From Chlamydiales bacterium (GTDB lineage: Bacteria; Chlamydiota; Chlamydiia; Chlamydiales; SM23-39): DNA of 64,000 bases. The DNA lies in contig JAUXXF010000019.1 in NCBI GenBank assembly GCA_030681135.1, positions 16,578 through 80,577 of the forward strand. Direction: 5' to 3'. This document shows, piece by piece, positions 9,539 to 18,346 of the stretch. Both the position numbers and the translations under genes were made by a program. Under the pieces are notes generated by a model that saw only the letters and a program-made list of their open reading frames with translations, was not told the DNA's origin and searched no databases. Position 1 is the stretch's first letter. Each line of letters opens with the position of its first letter.

Positions 9539-9544
9539 ATTTGT

Positions 9545-9694
9545 TTTTATAGATCTGGACATGCGATGTTGTGGCAGAACTCTGATCTCTACGTTGCAAC
9601 CTAGCAAGGTGAGATAGCTCACAAGTATGTCGTTACTGAAATCATTAAATTTTCCAGTCATGAGGGCAGAGATCACACCGAGCTTTCTTGCCAT
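9545..9694 (-). pseudogene. remnant of an XRE/HTH_37 (HigA-like) helix-turn-helix gene
   Basis: MARKLGV-ISALMTGKFNDFSNDILVSYLTLLGCNVEIRV resembles the C-terminal half of HTH_37 proteins, apparently with a short deletion in the recognition-helix region. Confidence 0.55.
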
Positions 9695-10563
9695 GTGAAA
9701 ATAACTCCCGGGCGACAAAATAGCTTAGATTTTTTTGGATTAATAGAAGACAGACTTTCATTGAACTTTTCTATTGCTTCTGACACGCGTTTACAGGCCT
9801 CTGGTAACTTTTCATTGGAGGAATGTTGAACCATAATTTGTTCCACTTTTCCCCAATATAAAGCGAACAGATTTTCCAAAGCCTTAAATGATTCAATGAA
9901 CTTGGATTGCAGATCATTGATTTTATTTATATCTATCGAAGCAGCTTGACTTGTAGCGGTCGATAAGATGTTGTTGTGAATATGCAAAACCATATCAGCC
10001 TGATCGCAATGAAGTTTAGCTACTGTCTTTATTCCTGAGTGTGGTGGTAATCCACTTTTTTCTCCAATAAGTAATTTAAGTTGCTGATCTGCTTCAAGAA
10101 ATTGTTGTATAATAAAGGATATGTCCTTAATTTTTTGTTCCAATTCAGTAAGTAATTCTTGATATATTTGATTGTTGTTTTTTGTTGCTCTTTGAACTGA
10201 GTTTGATCGGATTTGAGTGCTTATCGGAGCTGGCGTAGGTTGTGTTGAAAAAGGCTTGGAGGAAATGGGAGGTCTAGATGAAGAATTGATTTTTGGCGCC
10301 TTAGAATATTTATCTTTATTCGCCTCTTGAGTTAAGAGGGTAGGAGTTGCTGGTTTCAGATTGTTTGGGGCGCTAGGAAAGAGTAATTCGTATCCTTTGG
10401 TCCATTGCGATAGGTAAAACTCTTTATTTTGCAGACCGACTAAGTATCCGATGTAGGCAATGGCTGCTAAGGCTATTCTGCTGATTCCTTCAAATTTTTG
10501 ACAGCATGTCGAGAAGGAAGGTAAGCTTGGTAAACAGGAAATTTTTTCGCAAACTCTCATCAT
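9673..10563 (-). CDS. hypothetical protein (TM + Pro/Ser-rich linker + coiled coil; effector-like)
   Basis: 296-aa AT-rich ORF with AAGGAG RBS. Confidence 0.65.
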   Translation of the reverse strand: MMRVCEKISCLPSLPSFSTCCQKFEGISRIALAAIAYIGYLVGLQNKEFYLSQWTKGYELLFPSAPNNLKPATPTLLTQEANKDKYSKAPKINSSSRPPISSKPFSTQPTPAPISTQIRSNSVQRATKNNNQIYQELLTELEQKIKDISFIIQQFLEADQQLKLLIGEKSGLPPHSGIKTVAKLHCDQADMVLHIHNNILSTATSQAASIDINKINDLQSKFIESFKALENLFALYWGKVEQIMVQHSSNEKLPEACKRVSEAIEKFNESLSSINPKKSKLFCRPGVIFTWQESSV

Positions 10564-10623
10564 ATAACGCTCCTTTTTGAAAAAATACTAACATGATTTG
10601 CTGAATTTCCCCAAATAATTAAA

Positions 10624-10655
10624 GGAGTTCAAAGGGCTGATGCCCTCTGGACTCT
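10624..10655. repeat. partial REP (hairpin 2 with tails on both sides)
   Basis: GGAGTTCAAAGGGC-TGAT-GCCCTCTGGACTC; the right part matches the REP tails at 9526-9538 and 13508-13521. Confidence 0.75.
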
Positions 10656-10670
10656 CGTTTGTTTTTTCGG

Positions 10671-11423
10671 TTAAAGAGCTTCGTAATGAATTGGATGGAA
10701 AAAATCTTGCGGAGACATTGTACTTTTTTCAGCACCAAATTCCTTCTGAATGGTTCCATTCCCAAGGACCCATAAACGGTCGCCAAGATGTTTGGCGATC
10801 ATCGGATCATGGGTAATCAGTAAGATGGGCACCTTGTGTGTTTGGCTATATTTTTTCGCAAAAGAGAGGAGCTGAGTAGCAGAGGTTGGATCAAGGGCTG
10901 CTGTCGGCTCATCGAGGAGAAGGAGTTTAGGGGGTTTTAGGATGGACATGATAAAGGCAATCATTTGCCTTTGACCTCCTGATAAAGAGCTCATAGGAAC
11001 ATCGAGAAATTTCTCTAAGTTCAAAGGCGCAAGAAATTCTGCAACGATGTTCTCTGGAAAGGCTGCAGTGGCTCGCTGAAATCCTGCAGCTCTTTCTTTG
11101 AGAGTGGCCATTGCAAGATTTTCTCGCACTGTTAGAGCAGAACATGAGCCAAGATAGGTGTTTTGAAAAAGCCTGCTGATAAAGCCAGCTCTTTTCTGTT
11201 CAGACATGGCTGTGATATCGATGCCATCTAGACAGATAGAGCCGCTATCGGGGGGGACTTTTCCAGAAATCATATCAAACAGTGTTGTTTTCCCTGTGCC
11301 ATTAGGACCCATGATGATGACAAAATCACCTGGATTTACGGTGGCAGAAAATGACTTGAGAACATGGAGATTCTTAAATGTTTTAGATACGTTTGAAAGT
11401 TGGAGCATAGGATTACCTCTCAA
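10671..11423 (-). CDS. ABC transporter ATP-binding subunit
   Basis: GPNGTGKTT, LSGGQRQ, LLLLDEPTAALDP, ITH; real start is probably 11408. Confidence 0.95.
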   Translation of the reverse strand: MRGNPMLQLSNVSKTFKNLHVLKSFSATVNPGDFVIIMGPNGTGKTTLFDMISGKVPPDSGSICLDGIDITAMSEQKRAGFISRLFQNTYLGSCSALTVRENLAMATLKERAAGFQRATAAFPENIVAEFLAPLNLEKFLDVPMSSLSGGQRQMIAFIMSILKPPKLLLLDEPTAALDPTSATQLLSFAKKYSQTHKVPILLITHDPMIAKHLGDRLWVLGNGTIQKEFGAEKSTMSPQDFFHPIHYEAL

Positions 11424-12252
11424 TGGCCTCTTTACGCGGTTTTAATTGGATCAAGACAACAATGAGCACAGCTTTAATGAGATTATTCCAGATCGGCTGC
11501 AGCTCGAATTCGATGGTGATGGCAAAAAGTGCTTGGTAAAGGATGGCGCCTAGAATCAGACTTAAACCAAACTTCGGTTTGACCAATTCTGCTAAAATAA
11601 GCCCGGCGATCCCTGTAACAAGAGTTCCTACGCTGCCTGTAATCGAAAACAGCCCGCTCCACTGAACAAAGAGAGCGCCTGCTAAAGCAGTTAGGCTATT
11701 TGCGATGGCAAGACCTGCAATTTTATAGTGATCAACACTTTTTCCCAAAGACGTGACGATTTGAGGGTTGCTGCCAACTGCTATGAAAAGGAGTCCTAAC
11801 TCCGAACGGAGAAGTTTTCTTATTCCCAGATAAACGATTGTGACAAGGATGAGGAGAAGACAAATAGAAAGCAGAGGCGTTTTAGGAAATATCGTCCCCG
11901 ATTCTGGAAGAGGAAGGTTCGAGCTTGCCAGCTTCAAGCAAATGGAAAAAAGAGCTGTTGTGACAACAAGGCCGGAAATGAGGTTATTCATCTTCATTTT
12001 CGTGTGCAAAAGGCCTGTAACAGATCCTGCCAAAGCGCCCCCTAACATAGCTATGGGTAGCGTGATCCACGGCGATAGGCCAGATACGATCGAAAGTGCT
12101 GTAATTGCTCCTCCAAAACCAAAACCTCCTTCTGTTGTCAAATCATCGAACTTGATCACGCGAGAAGAGAGGTAGACACCCATGACAACGAAGGAATAAA
12201 TCAGCCCTAGCAAGATGACATGAAGGAGAATATGAATGATTTCGCTTCCCAT
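11413..12252 (-). CDS. ABC transporter permease (TrpY-like, BPD_transp_2)
   Basis: GVYLSSRV...DLTTEGGFGFGGA, TGLLHTK, GLAIANSLTALAGAL. Confidence 0.9.
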   Translation of the reverse strand: MGSEIIHILLHVILLGLIYSFVVMGVYLSSRVIKFDDLTTEGGFGFGGAITALSIVSGLSPWITLPIAMLGGALAGSVTGLLHTKMKMNNLISGLVVTTALFSICLKLASSNLPLPESGTIFPKTPLLSICLLLILVTIVYLGIRKLLRSELGLLFIAVGSNPQIVTSLGKSVDHYKIAGLAIANSLTALAGALFVQWSGLFSITGSVGTLVTGIAGLILAELVKPKFGLSLILGAILYQALFAITIEFELQPIWNNLIKAVLIVVLIQLKPRKEAIER

Positions 12253-12254
12253 TG

Positions 12255-13196
12255 TTATTCCTTGATGGTTTCTACTGGAAGGTTAATGTGCAAGTTTTCT
12301 GCAACGGTGTTGTTGATGACCGTTTTTGGATTGGTAGGGTTGGTAATTCCTGCAGCTTCAGGAGTCATCCCAAGAAAAAGAACTTTATGGGCCATCTCGG
12401 CTGTTTCTTTCCCCATATCTTTGTACTCTGCTCCCTGAGCCGCAAAAGCGCCTTTTTCAACCAAGGCAATATCAGAGACAAAAAGAGGGCATTGTCTAAG
12501 AGCCGTTTCTTTAACGACAAGAGTGATATTGCTAGCGACGAGATTATCATTTGGGACTAAAATCGCTTCCCCTTTCGCGCAAGCGGCTCTTACAACTTGG
12601 GATAGCTCTTCTGCAGAGTGGGCTCCGACGGTGTGATGTTTAAGCCCTTTTTTCTCAAGCGATGCTTGGATTTTTTTGACCATAATCTGAGAGTTATTTT
12701 CAGATGGGTTGTAAATTAAAGCGACCGTTTGGACATTTGGGATGAGTTGTAAGATCAGATCTGCCTGAGCATCTGTGTTCACCTGGTCAGTTGTTCCGCA
12801 GATATTTGTGTTGGGATGAATAATTCCGAGGGATAGGGGATCAGAGACTGCAGCAATGAAAATCGGCTTTTCCTTTTCAGCTCTTGCAGCCGCTTGCACA
12901 GCGGGGGTTCCAATAGCAAAAATAGCGCTGATCTTTTTACGTGAATGGAAATTTTCTGCAATGCTTTGGGCTTGTGTTAGATTTCCTTCAGCATTTTGAA
13001 CGACGAAATCGATTTTTTGTGTCGATAAACGGTTCATTTCGGCCATAAAGCCGTCTCGAGCCTGGTCAAGAGCTGGGTGGCTTGCTGTTTGTAGAATGCC
13101 AATGGTCATGACTGAGTCGGAGTTGGATGGTTTTTTAAGGACAAACCAACCAATTAAGCCAATCAAAGCAAAAATAAAAATGAATCTTGAAAACAT
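12255..13196 (-). CDS. ABC transporter substrate-binding protein (ABC_sub_bind/TrpX-like, aromatic amino acid)
   Basis: IGILQTASHPALDQARDGF, QNAEGN, AIGTPAVQ, AVSDP, IYNPSENNS, PNDN motifs. Confidence 0.9.
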   Translation of the reverse strand: MFSRFIFIFALIGLIGWFVLKKPSNSDSVMTIGILQTASHPALDQARDGFMAEMNRLSTQKIDFVVQNAEGNLTQAQSIAENFHSRKKISAIFAIGTPAVQAAARAEKEKPIFIAAVSDPLSLGIIHPNTNICGTTDQVNTDAQADLILQLIPNVQTVALIYNPSENNSQIMVKKIQASLEKKGLKHHTVGAHSAEELSQVVRAACAKGEAILVPNDNLVASNITLVVKETALRQCPLFVSDIALVEKGAFAAQGAEYKDMGKETAEMAHKVLFLGMTPEAAGITNPTNPKTVINNTVAENLHINLPVETIKE

Positions 13197-13208
13197 AGTT
13201 CTCCTTGT

Positions 13209-13242
13209 AAAATTAAAAGCCCCAGCTCAGAGGCCGGGGCTT
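13209..13242 (-). terminator. attenuator terminator hairpin
   Basis: Minus strand AAGCCCCGGC-CTCTGA-GCTGGGGCTT-TTAATTTT just upstream of the AAGGAG RBS of the binding-protein gene. Confidence 0.85.
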
Positions 13243-13296
13243 CTCAGTAAGGAGATCCCCGGCCGGGAGCCGGGGCTGTAAATGGGTCACATTTTT

Positions 13297-13380
13297 TTAG
13301 CCAGCCAGCTCCCTTCTCCTAAAGAAAGGATAATAAAACTGAGTAGCAAAAATAAAATAGTTGTTTACTGGCTGTCGCAT
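13297..13380 (-). CDS. Phe/Tyr-rich attenuator leader peptide (27 aa)
   Basis: MRQPVNNYFIFATQFYYPFFRRRELAG*: 5 Phe + 3 Tyr within 13 codons, followed by mutually exclusive GC-rich hairpins. Confidence 0.85.
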   Translation of the reverse strand: MRQPVNNYFIFATQFYYPFFRRRELAG

Positions 13381-13387
13381 GCCTAAG

Positions 13388-13415
13388 ATTCTATCAAAGC
13401 CCCCAAATTATACAA
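13388..13415 (-). promoter_or_regulatory. sigma66/70-type promoter of the leader peptide
   Basis: TTGTAT-16 nt-TAGAAT, ending 7 nt before the leader ATG. Confidence 0.55.
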
Positions 13416-13507
13416 AGCATTATTTCTTCGGATTTTTACCAAACTTGGGAGTTATGTTCGCAAGCGAATCGTATAAAATAATTTACTTTCATGGATCTGT
13501 AAATTAA

Positions 13508-13558
13508 GGGAGTCCAGAGGGCGCAAGCCCTTTGGCGGGGTTTTAGGGGCGGAGCCCC
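13508..13558 (-). repeat. intact REP-like repeat
   Basis: Minus strand GGGGCTCCGCCCC-TAAAA-CCCCGCC-AAAGGGCTTGCGCCCT-CTGGACTCCC; its first G is the last base of the permease TAG. Confidence 0.9.
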
Positions 13559-14667
13559 TAAGAGACGAAACGTCTGCGGAAGAAGTGGGCGGCGGCGGTG
13601 AGGTTGAAGATGGCGATGAGACAAAGAGGCCAGAGGTGTTGGAAGATAGCATGAGTCGGAATGTCTTTGAGGAAGAGGCTACGGCAGATGTACATGAAGT
13701 AGCGAGTGGGGTTGATGTAGGTGGCATATTGAAGCCAGACGGGCATGTTTTCGATGGGGGTAGCAAAACCTGAGAGGAGAACGGCCGGGGTGAGGAAGAC
13801 GAAGGCTCCGAGAATGGCTTGTTGTTGAGTGGCGCAGAGAGATGAGATAAAGAGACCGACTCCGGTGATGGCAGCTGTGTAGATGAATGTGGAGAGGAGA
13901 AGAAGGAAGAAAGAGCCGACGAAGGGGATGTTGAAGAAGAAGAGAACGATGCAGAAGAGGAAGAGGCCTTCGAGGAGACTGACGAGGATGGAGGGGATCG
14001 TCTTGCCGATGAGGATTTCTGAAGGGGTGAGAGGGGAGACGAGAAGCTGATCGAACGTGCCGAGTTCCCGTTCTCGCGCAATGGAAAGACATGTGATGAG
14101 AAGCGCTTCGACCATGGTCAGGATCGCAAGAAGACCTGGAACTGTAAACCACTCGTAGAGAAGATTAGGATTGAACCAATAGCGCAAGATGAGGGCGGTG
14201 GGCTGCGTGGGGATTTTTTCTCTGAAGGAGAGCTCTTTGGCAAATTGATTGATGATCGTGTTGACGTAGCCGGAGATAATTTGTGCCGTGTTCGATTTTC
14301 TGCCATCTAAGATGAGCTGCAGAGAAGGGGAGCGTTGGGAGTCGAAGAGCCGAGAAAACTCCTCGTCGATAGAAAGAACGACAGGGCCGATTTGTTCGTT
14401 GATAAAAGGAGCGATCGATTCTACCGAGGGAAGAAGGATTACGTGGGTAAAAATGGGGGAACCTTGGATCCTTTCTACAAGCTCAAATCCCTTTTCTCCA
14501 TGATCTCGGTTGAGAATGCCAATGGTTACATTTTTCACATCGAGCGTGGCGGCAAAAGAGAAAATACATAGTTGCCAGAGAGGTGGGAAAATCAAAATGA
14601 AGCGGGTTTTTTTGTCTCGCCAGAGGAAAATGAGCTCTTTGAGGATGAGAGATAAAATTCGCTTCAA
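13558..14667 (-). CDS. ABC-2 exporter permease (YbhR-like)
   Basis: LILKE...RD, LDGRKSNTAQI, WFNPNL, SIARERELGTFDQLLVSPL, LSGFATPIENMP. Confidence 0.93.
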   Translation of the reverse strand: MKRILSLILKELIFLWRDKKTRFILIFPPLWQLCIFSFAATLDVKNVTIGILNRDHGEKGFELVERIQGSPIFTHVILLPSVESIAPFINEQIGPVVLSIDEEFSRLFDSQRSPSLQLILDGRKSNTAQIISGYVNTIINQFAKELSFREKIPTQPTALILRYWFNPNLLYEWFTVPGLLAILTMVEALLITCLSIARERELGTFDQLLVSPLTPSEILIGKTIPSILVSLLEGLFLFCIVLFFFNIPFVGSFFLLLLSTFIYTAAITGVGLFISSLCATQQQAILGAFVFLTPAVLLSGFATPIENMPVWLQYATYINPTRYFMYICRSLFLKDIPTHAIFQHLWPLCLIAIFNLTAAAHFFRRRFVS

Positions 14668-15785
14668 TCCAACCTCTTTACAGTCATGTGCGCTGTGTAG
14701 AGAAAAAGAACAAGCCCGATGCCTGCCATGATCGCCAGATTATAGAAGATGAGTTTCATCACGTTGCCGGCAAGAAAAATGGTTTGAAGACAAGAGACAA
14801 AATATTTTGCAGGAATGATGTAGGTCATCCACTGAATAGGAAGCGGCATGCTGGAGATCTCAAAAATAAATCCTGAAAGAATAAAGGCAGGCAAAAATGC
14901 TGAGATAATCGCAGCCTGAGAGGCAACAAATTGGTTTTTTGAAGCAGTAGAGATCAAAAGTCCCATCCCAAGAGCAGTCCACAGAAACACCATGCTGCAT
15001 AAAGCAAGTAAAAGCCAAGATCCACGCAAAGGAATTTGGTAGACAAAAAGAGCGATGATTGTTGAGAAAAGAAACGAAATCATCCCTAAAAGAAAATAGG
15101 AAAGAAGTTTTCCTAAAACAAGCTCTGTAATCGTGACCGGAGTTGCCATCAGCGCCTCCATGGTTCCTCGTTCCCATTCGCGGGCGACGACCAGAGCCGT
15201 AAGAAGAGTCCCAATTAACGTCATGATTAACGCGATAGAGCCGGGAATGAGAAAATTGCGACTCTCCAAATCCTCATTAAACCAAAATCTAGGTTCTACC
15301 TGAATCGGCTGCCATGGGATCCAACGGCTGCTAATCGTTTCTTGGAAGAGCCAGTTTTGAAAGGCCATTTGGACATAATTATCCACAAAATTAGCGGTAT
15401 TAGGTTCGCTCCCGTCGGCAATCACTTGGATAGGAGCTATGTGATCTGCTCGCTGTCTAAAAGAAGAGAAATAAGAAGGAACAACAACAATCCCACGAAC
15501 CGATCCATCGACCAGCTTTGCATGAAACTCTCTTTGATGCCTTCCGATCTGGACAGAAAAATATTCAGAGTCTGTGAGAGCTTTGGCAAAACTTTGCACT
15601 TCGGGAGAAGTGTCTTCGAGAACAAGGCCGATTTTTAAATGTTTATAATCTAAAGAGATGCCATAGCCATAAATAAACAACAAAATGGCAGGCAAAACGA
15701 AGCTGATCAAGATGCTGCTCGGATCGCGGATGATCTGATAAAATTCTTTCACCACGAGGGCTTTAAGTCTTTTGCTGCTGATCAT
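14664..15785 (-). CDS. ABC-2 exporter permease (YbhS-like)
   Basis: KEFYQIIRDPSS, DGSEPNTANFV, VVAREWERGTMEALMATP. Confidence 0.93.
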   Translation of the reverse strand: MISSKRLKALVVKEFYQIIRDPSSILISFVLPAILLFIYGYGISLDYKHLKIGLVLEDTSPEVQSFAKALTDSEYFSVQIGRHQREFHAKLVDGSVRGIVVVPSYFSSFRQRADHIAPIQVIADGSEPNTANFVDNYVQMAFQNWLFQETISSRWIPWQPIQVEPRFWFNEDLESRNFLIPGSIALIMTLIGTLLTALVVAREWERGTMEALMATPVTITELVLGKLLSYFLLGMISFLFSTIIALFVYQIPLRGSWLLLALCSMVFLWTALGMGLLISTASKNQFVASQAAIISAFLPAFILSGFIFEISSMPLPIQWMTYIIPAKYFVSCLQTIFLAGNVMKLIFYNLAIMAGIGLVLFLYTAHMTVKRLD

Positions 15786-17454
15786 ATTGTCTAATTAATG
15801 TAATAAATGCGTCTTCTAAAGTGGGCGTTTTGTTAAGGGGCGTTTGAGCGAGGCTCTTGAGGTTATCTGGCGAATCGATGTGGATCATATGGCTTTGATA
15901 GATCAGCGCAATCCGATCGCAGTATTCAGCTTCATCCATAAAGTGGGTAGAGACCAAGATCGTGCATCCTTTTTCGACAAGGCCGTTGATGTGGTTCCAA
16001 AATTCTCGTCTTGTAATCGGATCGACGCCTGAGGTTGGTTCATCTAAAAACAGCACTTCAGGGTGATGCATTGTAGCGCAAGCCAAGGCTAGCCGCTGTT
16101 TATAGCCGAGAGGGAGGGAAGAAGTGGATAGATTAAGATAAGGGTGAAGTCCAAAAATATCGATCATCTCTTCTACAGCGTGGGAGTAGGAGCGATTTTT
16201 CAGAGGATAAACGCCAGCGAAAAAATGGAGGTTTTGTTTGACGCTAAGCCCTCCATAAAGGGAGAATTTTTGAGCCATGTAACCGATGTGGGAGCGGGCG
16301 ATTGCTGGAGCTGTTTGCAAGCTAACCCCTTCGACAAAGGCTTTGCCAGAGGTGGGTTGCAAAAGGCCGCAAAGCATTTTGAATGTGGTGGATTTTCCTG
16401 CGCCGTTGGGACCTAAGAGTCCGAATACCTCTCCTCTTCGTACTTGAAAAGAGACGTCGTCTACAGCTGTGAAAGAGCCAAAACGTTTTGTTAGGTGTTC
16501 AGCGCTGATCACGTTTTTTTGTTCTGTCAGAATGGGAGTCATCCGATCGGCCAGAGGCGAAGAGCCTCCTGGGGCGCCTCCGAGAAGATCGATAAACGCA
16601 TCCTCAAAGCGAGGAGGACACGGCGTCCAAGAAGGATCTGGCGTTGCATGTTCTTTGATGACGATCCGAATTTTTTCTCCTTGGATTGTTCCATCGAGAA
16701 CCATCTTCTGATTCAGTAAATCGGTCAATAGAGCTCTTTTTCGCGTCTCAGGACGCAAGAGAGTAAATGTTCTTCCCTCCATGCGCTCCGTCAGCTCTTT
16801 GGGAGGCCCTTGATAGAGTAGTTTTCCGCCATTGAGAAGAAGGACGAGACCTGCTTTTTCTGCTTCTTCGAGATACGCTGTGCTCCAAATGATCCCGATC
16901 CCTTCTTGGAGAAATTGTTGAATGAGATCCCACAGTTCCCGTCTCGAGATGGGATCGACGCCGACGCTAGGCTCATCGAGAAGAAGTAGAGTAGGTTTGC
17001 GAATGAGCGTACAGGCAAGTCCTAGCTTTTGTTTCATTCCGCCAGATAGATTGCCAGCCAGTCTCGTTGGATATTTCGAGAGGTTCATCATAGAGAGAAG
17101 TCGATCAAAAACGGCTTTTTTCTCCTTTTCTAAAACTCCTTGCAAGTCGGCATATAAAGAGAGGTTTTGCATCACAGTCAGATCTTCATAAAGACCAAAT
17201 CTCTGCGGCATATAGCCAATTTGGCTTTGGATCTTTTGCGCCTCTTTGACTGTATCCAGGCCATTTACGAGTATGCTGCCTTTGGTGGGCAAAAGAAGCC
17301 CTGCGATCATCCGGAGCAGCGTCGTTTTGCCAGAACCATCTGGTCCTGCAAGGGCGACAAATGTCCCTTGTGGAATCGAGGCACTGATTTGATCGAGAGC
17401 GGTTTGCTGATCGAATGTTTTTGTGACATTACGGATGTCGATCAGGGGCGCCAT
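15763..17454 (-). CDS. ABC exporter dual ATPase (YbhF-like)
   Basis: Two NBDs: GPDGSGKTT/LSGGMKQKL/LDEPSVGVDPISRR and GPNGAGKST/LPLGYKQRL/LDEPTSGVDP. Confidence 0.95.
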   Translation of the reverse strand: MAPLIDIRNVTKTFDQQTALDQISASIPQGTFVALAGPDGSGKTTLLRMIAGLLLPTKGSILVNGLDTVKEAQKIQSQIGYMPQRFGLYEDLTVMQNLSLYADLQGVLEKEKKAVFDRLLSMMNLSKYPTRLAGNLSGGMKQKLGLACTLIRKPTLLLLDEPSVGVDPISRRELWDLIQQFLQEGIGIIWSTAYLEEAEKAGLVLLLNGGKLLYQGPPKELTERMEGRTFTLLRPETRKRALLTDLLNQKMVLDGTIQGEKIRIVIKEHATPDPSWTPCPPRFEDAFIDLLGGAPGGSSPLADRMTPILTEQKNVISAEHLTKRFGSFTAVDDVSFQVRRGEVFGLLGPNGAGKSTTFKMLCGLLQPTSGKAFVEGVSLQTAPAIARSHIGYMAQKFSLYGGLSVKQNLHFFAGVYPLKNRSYSHAVEEMIDIFGLHPYLNLSTSSLPLGYKQRLALACATMHHPEVLFLDEPTSGVDPITRREFWNHINGLVEKGCTILVSTHFMDEAEYCDRIALIYQSHMIHIDSPDNLKSLAQTPLNKTPTLEDAFITLIRQYDQQQKT

Positions 17455-18296
17455 GGCGATCTCTATGTAATTTCACAGTCACAGGCATGCCCTGTTTAAG
17501 TCCCCAGTCGGGGTTATCGGCGTAGACGCGGATTCTGTAGACAAGATCGGTGCGAAGTTCTGTTGATTGGACGGTTTTAGGGGTAAATTCTGCAACAGGG
17601 GAGATGAAGCCAATTTTCCCGGTGTAGGTATTGCCCCCTTTTGTATCGGTAAAAATTTCAGCTTCCATGCCAGGATAAATAACGCCCAAGAGCGGCTCTG
17701 GAACGTAGGCTCTTACCCAGACTGGAGAGATGAGAGAGAGTGTATAGACAGGTTCTCCTTGAAGAACGACAGTTCCTGGTTCTCGGACTCTCGTTAAAAT
17801 CGTCCCATCTGCGGGGCTATAAGCTCTTGTATTGCGAAGATTGGTTTTTGCAACTCCTAAAGTGGCGACAGCCTCTTTCACCCGCTGCTCATCTACATCT
17901 CTTGCAGTCTCTGCATTTTCATAATCTTCTTGAGAAACGCCTCCTACTTTCACAAGCTCCTGGCGTCTTAAAAAAATTTGCTCCGTGTTTTCTAAAGATA
18001 GACGGGCTGCTTGTAGGCTTGCTTCCGCCCTTTTCACTTCATCAGCATAAGGCTGCGGATCGATCGATGCCATCAAGGCGCCTTTGGGAACAAAATCCCC
18101 CTCTTCGAAAGGCATTGAGCGCACATTGCCGTAGACTCGAAAGCCGATGTCTACTTGTCTGACGTCGACATTGCCATAGAGCGTGATTTCGTCTTTGTGA
18201 TTTTTATGGGTTAAGTTGAAAACCAACCAAACTACCGTGCAAGTGATCAGCACGGAAATAACCACAATCAAGATGTTTTTTATCATAGGCCTCATA
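17429..18296 (-). CDS. HlyD-family periplasmic adaptor (YbhG-like)
   Basis: LYGNVDVRQV, GFISPVAEFTPKTVQSTELRTDLVYR, QGMPVTV; start at 18296 or 18287 rather than 18331. Confidence 0.93.
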
Positions 18297-18346
18297 ATCG
18301 AGGTTTTATGATTTGAATCGTCTAAAGTCAAGGGGCGATTTGCATT

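Noticed and set aside
13452-14152. Ser-rich (209 aa) and His/Pro-rich (157 aa) ORFs
   Set aside because: Alternative frames of the YbhR-like gene, kept open by its extreme C-ending codon bias.
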